64,000 nt of DNA from an uncultured Methylococcales bacterium (lineage in GTDB: Bacteria > Pseudomonadota > Gammaproteobacteria > Methylococcales > Methylothermaceae). Numbering within the stretch: the first letter of the stretch is position 1; every line of letters starts with the position of its first letter. Positions 30,289 through 40,619 of this stretch are shown piece by piece. The notes under the pieces were generated by a model, which worked only from the letters and a program-made list of their open reading frames with translations, was not told where the DNA came from and searched no databases. Location: the NCBI GenBank assembly GCA_964546735.1, contig CAZJKH010000001.1, positions 25,473 to 89,472 of the forward strand, in the 5' to 3' direction. The translations under genes were made by a program, and so were the position numbers.

Positions 30289-32376
30289 ATGGAAGTAGTT
30301 GGGGTAGTCAGTTATGCCATGGCTGCGGTTGCCTATGCGCTCCTAACCGTCATGCTGGCAACCTGTTGGCGGGGGCGCCTGCAAGGGGGGCTGTTGTTGT
30401 TGGCGGCCGGGTTGACCTGCCTATGGGCAGGGAGCAACGCTTGGCAGTTGGCCTTTAGGACTTTGCCGACTGCAGCGATCTGGTCGCTAGAGGTCCTATA
30501 CAAAGGGATTTGGCTTGGGTTTTTATGGCAGCTTCTACCTGTAGAGTTGCGTACCAGAAAACCCATGCGCTGGGCTCAATCCAGTAGTTTGGGGCTGAGT
30601 GGTTGGTTGCTCGTCCAACCTTGGCTGTTGCCCTGGCTGCAGGCACCTAGATGGCAGCTGACTGAACTTCCCCTGATCGGGCAGCTGATTTTGGCCCTGA
30701 TCGGCCTGATTTTAGTAGAGCAACTGTATCGCAATACCCGCCCTGATCGGCGCTGGTATATCAAGTTTCTCTGTTTGGCGCTCGGTGGGCTGTACGCGTA
30801 TGAGTTTTATCTCTATTCCGAGGCGCTTTTGTTCAAGCGCCTCAGTGCGAGTTTGTGGGCGGCAAGGGGATTGGTAGCGAGCCTATGGGTGCCGCTGTTG
30901 GCGGTGACTGCAGCGCGTAATCCGGATTGGTCGGTAGAAGTATTCGTCTCCCGAGATTTTGTGTTCCATTCGGCAGCTGTGCTAGGGGCGGGGTTGTACC
31001 TCCTGGTGATGGCCAGCGCTGGTTATTATGTCCGCCTGTACGGCGGCCAGTGGGGAGAGGTGTTCCAGATTGCATTCTTAGTGGGCGCTTTGGCTCTGCT
31101 TTTGGTCCTGATGTTTTCCGGACAGATGCAGGCTAAGCTTCGCGTGTTTTTGAGCAAGCATTTTTTCCATTACCGCTATGATTATCGCAAAGAGTGGCTC
31201 ATGATCACGCAGGTCCTTTCCTGCACCGAAGACGCCTCTCCTTTAGGTGAGCGCGTGATCCGGGCTCTGGCCGACCTTGTGGAGAGCCCCTCCGGGGTTC
31301 TCTGGATGCGCTCCCCCTCTGGCCGCTTGCTGTATCTGGCCGCATGGGGAGAGCCTGGGTTACGAGTGGAGGCGCTGGAGGCGCAAGATCCGGTCATCGA
31401 GTTCATGCAACGCCGAGGTTGGGTGATCAACCTGAAGGAGTTGAGCAGCTTGCCGGAAGCTTATGACGGACTTGAGTTTCCCCGCTGGCTACAAGGCTTT
31501 CGTGAGGCATGGCTTTTGGTGCCGTTGTTCCATGGCGAGACTTTGTGGGGAATAGTCTTATTGACTCGTCCGCGGGCGAAAATCGAATGTAATTGGGAGG
31601 TGCTGGACGTGCTTAAGACCGCCGGCCGTCAGGCCGCCAGTGTCTTAGTGGTCGAAGAAACCGCCAGGCGCTTGTTGGAAGCGCGTCAGTTCGAGGGGTT
31701 TAACCGGTTGGCGGCGTTTGTCGTGCACGATCTTAAAAACCTAGTCGCCCAGCTTTCCCTAGTGGTGCGCAATGCCGACAAATACGCGGCCAATCCAGAA
31801 TTCGTACGCGATGCGATGGCTACCGTCGAGCATGCAGTCGGGAAAATGGCCCGCCTCTTATCCCAGTTTAAGAACCTGGGGGCAGAAACACCTCAACAAA
31901 AGATCGATCTGCGCGCTTTGCTGCAGGGAGTGGTAGCTTCACGGGCTGGACAGCTGCCAAGACCTATGCTTGTGTGTCCTAGAACTTCAGAGGCTTGGGT
32001 ATTGGCCCAACCAGACCGCCTAGCTGCCGCTTTGGAACACATCATCCAGAATGCTCAGGAAGCGGCGGGCAAGCACGGTTGGGTTAAGGTCAGATTGGCC
32101 ATTCAGGAAAAACAGGCGATCGTTGAAGTAGAAGATAATGGTCCCGGGATGGATGCTGAATTCCTCCGCCAGCGCCTGTTTAAGCCGTTTGAGACTACCA
32201 AGGGCCTAAGCGGGATGGGAATCGGCGCCTATGAGAGCCGGGAGTACGTGCGCGCTTTGGGCGGGGATCTGACGGTCCAGAGCACGCCGGGCAAGGGCAG
32301 TCGGTTTTGTTTTATCCTGCCCTTAGCGGCAGACGTGCCAGATGAGATCGAGAAGCAACAGGAGGTGTCGGTTTGA
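30289..32376 (+). CDS. prsK: PEP-CTERM system sensor histidine kinase
   Basis: 695 aa with ~8 N-terminal TM helices, a GAF-like region, an H-box (FVVHDLKNL) and an HATPase domain (DNGPGMD, G.G.G). It sits immediately upstream of a sigma-54 response regulator and a TPR protein. Confidence 0.8.
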   Translation: MEVVGVVSYAMAAVAYALLTVMLATCWRGRLQGGLLLLAAGLTCLWAGSNAWQLAFRTLPTAAIWSLEVLYKGIWLGFLWQLLPVELRTRKPMRWAQSSSLGLSGWLLVQPWLLPWLQAPRWQLTELPLIGQLILALIGLILVEQLYRNTRPDRRWYIKFLCLALGGLYAYEFYLYSEALLFKRLSASLWAARGLVASLWVPLLAVTAARNPDWSVEVFVSRDFVFHSAAVLGAGLYLLVMASAGYYVRLYGGQWGEVFQIAFLVGALALLLVLMFSGQMQAKLRVFLSKHFFHYRYDYRKEWLMITQVLSCTEDASPLGERVIRALADLVESPSGVLWMRSPSGRLLYLAAWGEPGLRVEALEAQDPVIEFMQRRGWVINLKELSSLPEAYDGLEFPRWLQGFREAWLLVPLFHGETLWGIVLLTRPRAKIECNWEVLDVLKTAGRQAASVLVVEETARRLLEARQFEGFNRLAAFVVHDLKNLVAQLSLVVRNADKYAANPEFVRDAMATVEHAVGKMARLLSQFKNLGAETPQQKIDLRALLQGVVASRAGQLPRPMLVCPRTSEAWVLAQPDRLAAALEHIIQNAQEAAGKHGWVKVRLAIQEKQAIVEVEDNGPGMDAEFLRQRLFKPFETTKGLSGMGIGAYESREYVRALGGDLTVQSTPGKGSRFCFILPLAADVPDEIEKQQEVSV

Positions 32377-33746
32377 CTGACGGCTCGAAAACCTGTGTGG
32401 CTGAGACCTTGCTGATCGTCGAGGATGACTTGGGCCTTAGGAATCAGCTCAAGTGGAGCTTTGCCGATCGCTACTTTGTTCTGACTGCAGAGGATCGCGA
32501 AGCAGCGCTGGCAGCATTCAAAAAGAGTGCCCCGCAAGTGGTGACTTTAGATCTTGGGCTGCCGCCTGATCCGGGTGGGGTGACGGAAGGTTTTGCCACC
32601 TTGGAGGCGATTTTGAAACTTGCGCCGGCGACCAAAGTGATCGTCATCACTGGCAATGACGATCGCGTCAATGCAGTGCGCGCCATCGGTTTGGGGGCTT
32701 ACGATTTCTATCCCAAGCCGGTCGAGGCGGACTTGCTCGCTTTAGTCGTGGAGCGGGCATTTCGCCTGTATGCGTTGGAAGAAGAAAACCGCCAGTTGGC
32801 CCGCCTGCACATCAGCCATCCGCTCGATGGGGTGATCGCTTGTAGCCAGAAAATGCACCAAATCTGCCGCTTGGTCGAGAGCATCGCGCCGACTAACTTG
32901 AGCGTTCTGCTGCGCGGCGAGAGCGGTACCGGTAAGGAGGTCTTAGCGCGCGCCCTGCATCGTCTAAGCCCAAGAGCCAAAGGGCCGTTTGTGGCGATCA
33001 ATACCGCTGCCATTCCTGAGAACCTGTTGGAAGCTGAGCTGTTCGGCTACGAAAAGGGGGCGTTTACCGATGCTGCCAAGCAGACCAAGGGCAAGATCGA
33101 GCTTGCCGACGGTGGGACCTTGTTTTTGGACGAAATCGGCGATATGCCCTTGGCGCTTCAACCGAAACTCCTTAGATTTCTGCAGGAGCGGGTGATCGAG
33201 CGGATCGGCGGGCGGCGGGAAATCCCGGTGGACGTGCAGATTATCTGCGCCACCCATCAAAATCTCGAACAGCTGATCGCCGAAGGCCGTTTTCGGCAAG
33301 ACCTCTATTTCCGCCTCAACGAGATAACCATCGAGCTTCCTCCGCTGCGGGAACGCAAGGAAGATATCGCCGTGCTCGCCCGCGCTTTCCTGCATCGCTA
33401 TAGCTTAGAGATGAAGAAAAATCTGCTCGATTTTACCGCAGCGGCGCTCGCTGCGATGGACGCCTATGATTGGCCAGGCAACGTGCGCGAGCTGCAAGGG
33501 CGGGTGAAAACGGCAATCGTTTTGGCGCGGGGACCGAAGGTTGATACCGCTGACCTTAAGCTGCCTGAGGCAAACCAGGGGCGGCGGATCCTAACCCTGC
33601 GCGAGGCACGCGAGATAGCAGAACGCGAAGCGTTGAGCCAGGCCTTGAGCGAGGCCGGCGGCAACATTTCTAAAGCGGCGGAGCTTCTGGAGGTGACTCG
33701 ACCTACTTTATATGCTTTGCTCGCTAAGTTCAATTTGAAAGTCTAG
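32373..33746 (+). CDS. prsR: PEP-CTERM-box sigma-54-dependent response regulator
   Basis: Receiver domain (DLGLPPD), an AAA+ domain with GESGTGKE and the GAFTDA loop, and a C-terminal Fis-type HTH. Confidence 0.85.
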   Translation: MTDGSKTCVAETLLIVEDDLGLRNQLKWSFADRYFVLTAEDREAALAAFKKSAPQVVTLDLGLPPDPGGVTEGFATLEAILKLAPATKVIVITGNDDRVNAVRAIGLGAYDFYPKPVEADLLALVVERAFRLYALEEENRQLARLHISHPLDGVIACSQKMHQICRLVESIAPTNLSVLLRGESGTGKEVLARALHRLSPRAKGPFVAINTAAIPENLLEAELFGYEKGAFTDAAKQTKGKIELADGGTLFLDEIGDMPLALQPKLLRFLQERVIERIGGRREIPVDVQIICATHQNLEQLIAEGRFRQDLYFRLNEITIELPPLRERKEDIAVLARAFLHRYSLEMKKNLLDFTAAALAAMDAYDWPGNVRELQGRVKTAIVLARGPKVDTADLKLPEANQGRRILTLREAREIAEREALSQALSEAGGNISKAAELLEVTRPTLYALLAKFNLKV

Positions 33747-33754
33747 GAGATTGC

Positions 33755-36508
33755 ATGAACGCTTATATCCTGGCAGCGGTGGGATTAGTTTGGAGCATCC
33801 TGGCAGTCAGCAAGGAGAAAAGCTTAGAGCAAGCCAAGCAAGCTCTGGCCAAAGGAGAGACTAAAACAGCAGTCATCCATCTCAAAAACTTGCTTAAGGC
33901 AAACCCAAAGCAGGCAGAAGGGCGATGGCTGTTAGGAGAGGCTTATCTACGCTTGGGGGAGGCAGCCGGGGCAGTGAAAGAACTGGAAAAAGCCAAAGAG
34001 CTAGGGGTGGCGCCTGAGCGCTTGGCGGTGCCGCTGGCTAGGGCTTATCTGCTGCAGGGGCAGGCGCAAAAACTCCTAGCGGAGATTCAACCGCAGCCGA
34101 CGATGGCAATTGAGCTGCAGGCGGAAATCATAGCGCTGCGTGGCATAGCTCAGTTGCACCTGGACGACCGGGAGGCTGCCCGCCAAGCGTTCAAACGGGC
34201 GCTGGAACTGTCCAATCATCCGGAAGGACACTTAGGGTTGGCGCGCTTGGCGCTTCTGGAGAACCAGCCCCAGGTGGCAAGTCAGGAAGCCGAACAGGCG
34301 CTTCAGGCAAATCCCGATCATCTCGATGCTTGGCTCGTGTTGGCTGAGTCCAAGCGCCTTCAAGGTGACTTGAGCGGAGCAGAAAAGGCGTTCTCGGAAG
34401 TGTTAGCGCGCCGCCCGCGGGAGGTTCGCGCTTTATCTGGACGGGCAGCGGTGAGGCTTGCCCAAAACCAGCTTGAGGCAGCCCGCCAGGACATCCAACA
34501 GGCCGAACAGCTTGCCCCTGAGCTGCCGCTCGTACGATACCTCAAAGGCTTGTTAGCGTTTCAAGGAAACGATCCAGCAGGTGCCGAGGAAGCGCTGCTT
34601 AAGGTGCTGAGCGCTGTTCCTAATCACCTTCCCAGCCGTTTGCTGCTAGGCGTGATCGCTTATCGCAAAAACGAGTTGGCGGTAGCAGAAGAGTATCTTG
34701 CTGCGGTCCACCGCAGGCTCCCGGACCATCTGCCGATAGTGAAACTACTGGCGGCAGTCAAACTCAAGCAAAATCGCGCCGAAGAAGCGATCCGGTTGCT
34801 TGAGCCACATCGGGAAAAACTGGGCCAAGACCCGCAATTTCTGGCGCTTTTAGGCAGCGCTTACCTCAAGAACCGGCAGCTCGATCAGGGCACTGAACTG
34901 TTGACTGAGGCCGTGCGCTTGGCGCCTGAAGCTGCCGCGATCCGCACGCAGTTGGCTTTGGGTAAGATGGCATCCGGTGAACTGGAAGGGGCGGTTGAGC
35001 AGCTAGAACAGGCTATCGTCCAGGACCCCAAACTGGTCCAGGCGGAAGTGATGCTGGTGCTAGCGCGCCTGCAGCAAAAACAATACGACTTGGCCTTGGC
35101 TGCTGCCCAGAAACTGGCGCAAAACTTACCTGATCACCCCCTGCCAGGCAACCTGATCGCCGCCGTTTATCTGGCTAAAGGGGAAATCGACCGCGCTGAA
35201 GCGCAGTGGCAAGCAACCTTCCAAAAACACCCGGAGGAGGTCGCAGCGGCTTTGAACCTGGCCAAGCTCAAACTCCGTCAAGGCCAACTGGAGGAAGCCG
35301 AACGCTACTATCAAAAGGTGCTGGCCAAACAGCCCGGGCACGCGGCGGCTTTGATCGGCCTGGCGCAGATTGCCGAGGCGCGCCAGGACTATGAGGCGAT
35401 GGTCCGCCGCCTGGAAGAGGCGCGCAGCCGCCATCCAGAGGTCATCGAGCCGGCATGGATGCTGGCCAAGTACTACCTAGCCAAAGGGGAAGCGTTTAAA
35501 GCGTTAGAGGCAGTGCATGGGATAGCTGAGCGCCATCCAGACGATCCGCGCGTTTTGCAGGCTTTAGGCCAAGCGCAGCTTTTGGCCGGCGAGGCGGCAA
35601 ATGCGGTGGCGACGTCGCAGAAACTGGTCAGCCTTTCTCCTCAGGATCCAGCCAGTCGTTATCTGCTAGGTTCAGCGCTGGCGGCAAATGGGGATGAGGC
35701 GGCGGCACTCAAGGCCTTGGAGGCAGCCTTAAAGCTTAAACCGGATTACCTGCCAGCAGCAGGCGAACGGATCCGATTGCTGCTCAAACACCAGCGCGAT
35801 GAGGAAGCGCTCGCCGAAGCTAAAAAGCTCCAGGACCTTCTTCCCCAGCAGCCGGTCGGCTATGTTTGGGAAGGAGAAATCGCTTTGCAGCAGAATCGGT
35901 ACGATCACGCTTTGGCTGCCTATCGACGCGCGCATGAACTGCAAGGCGCTTCGCTTACTGCCCAGCGCTTGTATCAACTTTATCGGCGTCAAGGCAAAGC
36001 AGCACAAGCTGCTGAAATCCTTAAGGATTGGCTTGGCAAATCGCCGCAGGATCTAGGCAGTTGGTTGGTGTTGGCGTTGGGCTATCAGGCCGACGGCTTA
36101 CGCGAACAGGCAATTTTAGCTTATGAGAAAGCCCTAGCGCTTCAGCCTGATCATCCGGTCATACTCAATAACCTGGCTTGGTTGTATCAAGAAGTTGGCA
36201 ATCCCAAGGCACTGGTGCTGGCTGAGAGATTACTCGAACTAGGCAAAGACCATCCGGAGATGTTGGATACGGTGGGCTGGATCTATACCCAGCAGGGCAA
36301 GTTCCAAGCAGGGCTGACAGTGCTGCAAGAGGCAGCGGTCAAAGCGCCGCATTTGCCTGCGGTGCAGCTGCACTTGGCTGAAGCGTGGATAAAAGCGGGA
36401 AATCCAGACCAAGCCAGAAAGGTATTGCAGCGCCTGCTTAAGGAACAGGCTAACTTCCCAGAGCGCGAGCAGGCGCAGAAACTGCTCAATACGCTGGGTG
36501 CGGATTGA
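33755..36508 (+). CDS. prsT: PEP-CTERM system TPR-repeat protein
   Basis: 917 aa of almost continuous TPR repeats after an N-terminal signal/anchor, in the canonical position after prsK-prsR. Confidence 0.8.
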   Translation: MNAYILAAVGLVWSILAVSKEKSLEQAKQALAKGETKTAVIHLKNLLKANPKQAEGRWLLGEAYLRLGEAAGAVKELEKAKELGVAPERLAVPLARAYLLQGQAQKLLAEIQPQPTMAIELQAEIIALRGIAQLHLDDREAARQAFKRALELSNHPEGHLGLARLALLENQPQVASQEAEQALQANPDHLDAWLVLAESKRLQGDLSGAEKAFSEVLARRPREVRALSGRAAVRLAQNQLEAARQDIQQAEQLAPELPLVRYLKGLLAFQGNDPAGAEEALLKVLSAVPNHLPSRLLLGVIAYRKNELAVAEEYLAAVHRRLPDHLPIVKLLAAVKLKQNRAEEAIRLLEPHREKLGQDPQFLALLGSAYLKNRQLDQGTELLTEAVRLAPEAAAIRTQLALGKMASGELEGAVEQLEQAIVQDPKLVQAEVMLVLARLQQKQYDLALAAAQKLAQNLPDHPLPGNLIAAVYLAKGEIDRAEAQWQATFQKHPEEVAAALNLAKLKLRQGQLEEAERYYQKVLAKQPGHAAALIGLAQIAEARQDYEAMVRRLEEARSRHPEVIEPAWMLAKYYLAKGEAFKALEAVHGIAERHPDDPRVLQALGQAQLLAGEAANAVATSQKLVSLSPQDPASRYLLGSALAANGDEAAALKALEAALKLKPDYLPAAGERIRLLLKHQRDEEALAEAKKLQDLLPQQPVGYVWEGEIALQQNRYDHALAAYRRAHELQGASLTAQRLYQLYRRQGKAAQAAEILKDWLGKSPQDLGSWLVLALGYQADGLREQAILAYEKALALQPDHPVILNNLAWLYQEVGNPKALVLAERLLELGKDHPEMLDTVGWIYTQQGKFQAGLTVLQEAAVKAPHLPAVQLHLAEAWIKAGNPDQARKVLQRLLKEQANFPEREQAQKLLNTLGAD

Positions 36509-36569
36509 GAATCCAGTGCAGGCGGCATACAATAGAAGCTGGTTAAAGGGCGGGTCGGGGAGGCGGTCT

Positions 36570-37283
36570 ATGGCAGAAGAAAACGTGCATCATCATATCT
36601 CCAGGCAGTACGAACAGGAGCTAGAGGACATCCATCATCGGGTGCTGGTGATGGGAGGGTTGGTAGAAGCGCAGGTGGCCGATGCGGTCAAATCCCTGCT
36701 CGAGAACGATGTGACCTTGGCGGAAGAGGTCATTGCCAACGACTATAAAGTCAATTCCATGGAAGTGGAGATCGACGAGAAGTGTACTCAGATTCTTGCC
36801 CGACGCCAGCCCACAGCCAGAGATCTCAGGTTGGTGTTAGCGGTCATCAAGATGATCGCCGATCTTGAGCGGATCGGCGATGAAGCCCGCCGAATCGCGC
36901 GCCTTGCGCTTGACCTGACACCGCGTTATCCGAGCAAAAACCAGTTAAGCGAACTAGAGCAGCTGGCAGCGCAGGTAAGGCATATGCTCCACGGTGCCTT
37001 GGATGCATTTGCGCGCATGGATGTGGAGTTGGCCCTGGAGATCGTGGGGGAGGATAAGCTGGTCGATCGCCAATACGAGAGCATCGTCCGGCAACAGATC
37101 ACTTACATGATGGAGGATCCGCGTAACATCCCGGTCGCATTGGATGTCATGTGGTCGGCGCGTTCTCTAGAGCGAATCGGAGATCGCAGCTGCAACATCT
37201 GCGAGTATCTCATCTTCTATGTCAAAGGCAAGGATGTCCGCCACATCAGCCTAGAGCAGCTGGAAAGACAGGTAAAAGAGTAA
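36570..37283 (+). CDS. phoU: Phosphate signalling complex protein PhoU
   Basis: Two PhoU repeats with the E(D)xxERIGD motif, seen twice (LERIGDEA and LERIGDRS). Start placed at the ATG at 36570, preceded by a GGGGAGG Shine-Dalgarno. Confidence 0.85.
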   Translation: MAEENVHHHISRQYEQELEDIHHRVLVMGGLVEAQVADAVKSLLENDVTLAEEVIANDYKVNSMEVEIDEKCTQILARRQPTARDLRLVLAVIKMIADLERIGDEARRIARLALDLTPRYPSKNQLSELEQLAAQVRHMLHGALDAFARMDVELALEIVGEDKLVDRQYESIVRQQITYMMEDPRNIPVALDVMWSARSLERIGDRSCNICEYLIFYVKGKDVRHISLEQLERQVKE

Positions 37284-37328
37284 TCTATTTGGTGGCATAG
37301 GATGCTCCAAATCACCTGATGGAGTCAG

Positions 37329-39602
37329 ATGAAAGCCTTGCGCTGGATATTGTTCGTCCTGGCGAGCTCGGCTGTCTGGGCGTGGGAGCCGTTCGTGGTC
37401 GAGGACATCCGGCTACGCGGCCTGGAGCGGGTGGCGGAAGGGACGGTATTTAACTATTTTCCGGTCAAACCCGGAGACCGTTTAGATGAGCGCACCGCTG
37501 CCGAGGCGGTCAGGGCGTTGTTTAAGACCGGATTTTTCAAGGACGTGCGCTTGTATCGTGAGGGTAACGTGCTGATCGTTGAGGTGGCAGAAAGGCCTGC
37601 GATCGCAGCGATCAAGATCGAAGGCAATAAGGACATCAAGACCGAAGATCTGACCAAGGCGCTGAAAAATGTCGGTCTGGCAGAGGGGCAAGTGTTTAAC
37701 CCAAGGATGTTGGAAAAGGTGGAAAATGAGCTCAGGCGCCAGTATTTTAGCCGTGGCAAATACGGCGTTGAGGTCAAGACAGAGGTGACGCCGATTACCC
37801 AGAATCGGGCGGCGATTTTGATCAAGATCGCCGAGGGCAAGGTCGCTAAGATTAAACAGATCAATATCGTCGGCAACCACGCTTTTGACGATAAGACGTT
37901 GCTTGAAGTGTTCGAATTGGGGACGACCGGCTGGCTGTCCTTTTATACCAAGAATGACCAATACTCCAAACAGAAACTAACCGCAGATTTAGAACGGCTA
38001 AAATCGTTTTATTTGGATCGCGGATACATCCGGTTTGAGATCGAGTCTACCCAGGTCGCGATCACCCCTGACAAGCAGGGCATCTATATCACCATCAACG
38101 TGCGGGAAGGCGATATCTACCGGGTGGAGGAAGTCAAGCTTACGGGCAAGCTGATCGTTCCGCCTGAGGAGCTTATCCCATTGATCCAGCTTGGACCTGG
38201 CGAGGTATTTTCTGGCAAGCGCGCCACCGAATCTATGAATGCGATCAGCGCGCGCTTGGGCGAGGAGGGCTATATTTTTGCCAACGTCAATATGGTACCC
38301 GAGATCGACGAGGCGAAAAAGACCGTCAAGCTAAGCTTCTTCATCGATCCAGGTCGGCAGGTTTACCTGCGCCGCATCAATATTAAGGGCAACACCAGGA
38401 CGCAAGATCAAGTCATCCGACGCGAGCTGCGCCAGATGGAAGCTGCGCTGGCTTCTACGAAGAAGATCGAACACTCTAAAAATCGCCTGGAGCGGCTAGG
38501 GTATTTCAAAGAGGTCAACGTCGAGACCCCAACGGTCCCGGGTACATTGGATCAAATCGACGTCAATTATACGGTGACCGAGCGCCCTTCTGGGAACTTA
38601 AGCGCCGGGATTGGCTTTTCCCAGGTTCAGGGGCTGATTTTCAATGCCAGCGTGTCGCAAACGAATTTCTTGGGGACGGGTAAACAAGTCTCGTTCGAAT
38701 TTAATAATAGCCAGGTGTTTACGGTCTACCGGGTAGCGTACTTGAACCCTTATTTCACCTTGGATGGGATCAGCGCGGGATTCGATGTCAGTTACCGCAG
38801 TACCGACGCCGGTGCGGCAAACATTACCAGCTACACGACTAACACGTTAGCGGCTGGATTGAGCGGGGGGATCCCGATCAGTGAATTCGATCGGCTTTCC
38901 ACCGGGCTGGATTTCAGCCAGACTACGCTCAAGACAACTGGGCGTACGGCTCAGGAAATCTTTGATTTCATCGCCGATCACGGCAAAGATTACAGCGTCT
39001 TGACGTTGACTTTTGGGTGGACTCGCGATAGCCGAGACCGAGGGGTATTTCCCTCGCGCGGAGGGCGCCAGTCGGTGTCGTTATTGGGGTCAGTTCCGTT
39101 CGGGGAGCTGCAGTATTACAAAGTCCAGTATCAGGGCCAATATTTTATCCCCTGGACTCGCGATTTGATCTTCTCCGTGCGCGGCAATGCTGCCTATGGG
39201 GATGGTTACAGGAATACCCGCGACTTACCATTTTTCGAACATTTCTTCGCCGGGGGGGTTCAGTCGGTGCGGGGATTTAGGCAAAATACCTTAGGGCCGC
39301 GCGATTCGCGCAATAACCCGTTTGGCGGAGCAGTCAAGCTGATCGGGGGTGCCGATTTGTTCTTTCCCGTGCCTTTCCTAGACGAAGAGTTCAAATCTGC
39401 GTTTCGCCTAGGGGTGTTTTTCGATGCTGGTAATGTGTTTAAAGACCGGCCACAGCTTGGGGATCTGCGCTATTCGGCTGGGATGTCAGCGCAGTGGCTT
39501 TCTCCTTTTGGTCCCTTGGAGATCAGTCTGGCAAAGCCTTTAAATGCTAAACCTCAGGATGATAAGCAGGTATTTCAATTTTCTTTCGGTGCTGGGTTTT
39601 AA
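37329..39602 (+). CDS. bamA: Outer membrane protein assembly factor BamA
   Basis: 757 aa with a signal peptide, five POTRA repeats, a C-terminal beta-barrel and a terminal ...FQFSFGAGF. Confidence 0.9.
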   Translation: MKALRWILFVLASSAVWAWEPFVVEDIRLRGLERVAEGTVFNYFPVKPGDRLDERTAAEAVRALFKTGFFKDVRLYREGNVLIVEVAERPAIAAIKIEGNKDIKTEDLTKALKNVGLAEGQVFNPRMLEKVENELRRQYFSRGKYGVEVKTEVTPITQNRAAILIKIAEGKVAKIKQINIVGNHAFDDKTLLEVFELGTTGWLSFYTKNDQYSKQKLTADLERLKSFYLDRGYIRFEIESTQVAITPDKQGIYITINVREGDIYRVEEVKLTGKLIVPPEELIPLIQLGPGEVFSGKRATESMNAISARLGEEGYIFANVNMVPEIDEAKKTVKLSFFIDPGRQVYLRRINIKGNTRTQDQVIRRELRQMEAALASTKKIEHSKNRLERLGYFKEVNVETPTVPGTLDQIDVNYTVTERPSGNLSAGIGFSQVQGLIFNASVSQTNFLGTGKQVSFEFNNSQVFTVYRVAYLNPYFTLDGISAGFDVSYRSTDAGAANITSYTTNTLAAGLSGGIPISEFDRLSTGLDFSQTTLKTTGRTAQEIFDFIADHGKDYSVLTLTFGWTRDSRDRGVFPSRGGRQSVSLLGSVPFGELQYYKVQYQGQYFIPWTRDLIFSVRGNAAYGDGYRNTRDLPFFEHFFAGGVQSVRGFRQNTLGPRDSRNNPFGGAVKLIGGADLFFPVPFLDEEFKSAFRLGVFFDAGNVFKDRPQLGDLRYSAGMSAQWLSPFGPLEISLAKPLNAKPQDDKQVFQFSFGAGF

Positions 39603-39632
39603 TTTGGGTAACTTTAAGGAGAGCTGAGTTAA

Positions 39633-40136
39633 ATGAAACAAAAACTTTCGATATTAGCGTTTTCCTGCCTGCTCTTGATGGGAACGATGGCACTGGCCAA
39701 GGAAATCAAAATCGGTTTCGTCAACGTCGCGCAGGTGTTGCAAGAGTCTCCGCAAGCTGAGGCGGCTAAAAAGCGCCTAGAGCAGGAATTTGCGCCGCGC
39801 GACAAGCGGCTGGTGACACAGCAGCAAGAATTGGAAAAACTGCAGGAAAAGCTCAACCGCGATGCGGCGGTCATGAGCGAGTCCGAGCGGGCTAAGCTGG
39901 AGCGTGAGATTTTAAGCAAACAGCGCGATCTTAAGCGGGCTCAGGACGAATTCCGGGAGGATTTCAACATCCGCCGCAACGAAGAGCTAGGCAAGCTCCA
40001 ACGCCAGATCTTCGAAGCGATCAAAGCCTTGGCGCAAGAGGAAAAGTATGATCTGCTCTTGACCGACGGGGTGGTCTATGCCAGCGAGCAGGTCGATGTG
40101 ACCGAAAAGGTAAAGCGGCGTTTGCAGGAGAAATGA
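39633..40136 (+). CDS. skp: Periplasmic chaperone Skp (OmpH)
   Basis: 167 aa with a signal peptide, a KIGFVN start and a long basic/acidic coiled coil. It sits directly after bamA. Confidence 0.85.
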   Translation: MKQKLSILAFSCLLLMGTMALAKEIKIGFVNVAQVLQESPQAEAAKKRLEQEFAPRDKRLVTQQQELEKLQEKLNRDAAVMSESERAKLEREILSKQRDLKRAQDEFREDFNIRRNEELGKLQRQIFEAIKALAQEEKYDLLLTDGVVYASEQVDVTEKVKRRLQEK

Positions 40137-40175
40137 TCCGTTTGCCTTGGCCTAAACCAGAATAGGAAAGCTTAA

Positions 40176-40619
40176 TTGAACATTCAAACAATCATGCGTT
40201 ACCTGCCCCACCGCTATCCTTTTTTACTCGTGGATAGGGTGGTCGAATGCGAACCTGGCAAACGCCTGGTGGCGATTAAGAATGTCTCCTACAACGAACC
40301 TTTTTTTCAAGGTCATTTTCCAGGTCAGCCTATCATGCCCGGGGTTCTGATCATAGAGTCTTTAGCTCAGGCCACTGGGCTGTTGGCGTCAGAGACAGCC
40401 CCTGAGCTCATCGGTGAGAAGGAGCTGATTTACTATTTGGTCGGTCTGGATAAGGTCCGTTTCAAACGGCCAGTGGTGCCGGGAGACCAGTTGCGGCTGG
40501 AGGTCAACTATCTGCGCCACAAGCGCAACATCTGGGCGTTTGCCTGCCAAGCTGAGGTGGATGGAGAGTTCGTCGCCAGCGCTGAGATCATGTGTGCGGC
40601 GGCGGAGGCAAATGCTTGA
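40176..40619 (+). CDS. fabZ: 3-hydroxyacyl-ACP dehydratase
   Basis: [31 protein letters not shown]. The start is a TTG at 40176; an in-frame ATG at 40194 is also possible. Confidence 0.9.
   Translation: MNIQTIMRYLPHRYPFLLVDRVVECEPGKRLVAIKNVSYNEPFFQGHFPGQPIMPGVLIIESLAQATGLLASETAPELIGEKELIYYLVGLDKVRFKRPVVPGDQLRLEVNYLRHKRNIWAFACQAEVDGEFVASAEIMCAAAEANA

Noticed and set aside
37454-37961. Two minus-strand ORFs (140 and 159 aa) inside bamA
   Set aside because: They are antisense to a highly conserved gene and resemble no family I recognise, so I treat them as spurious.
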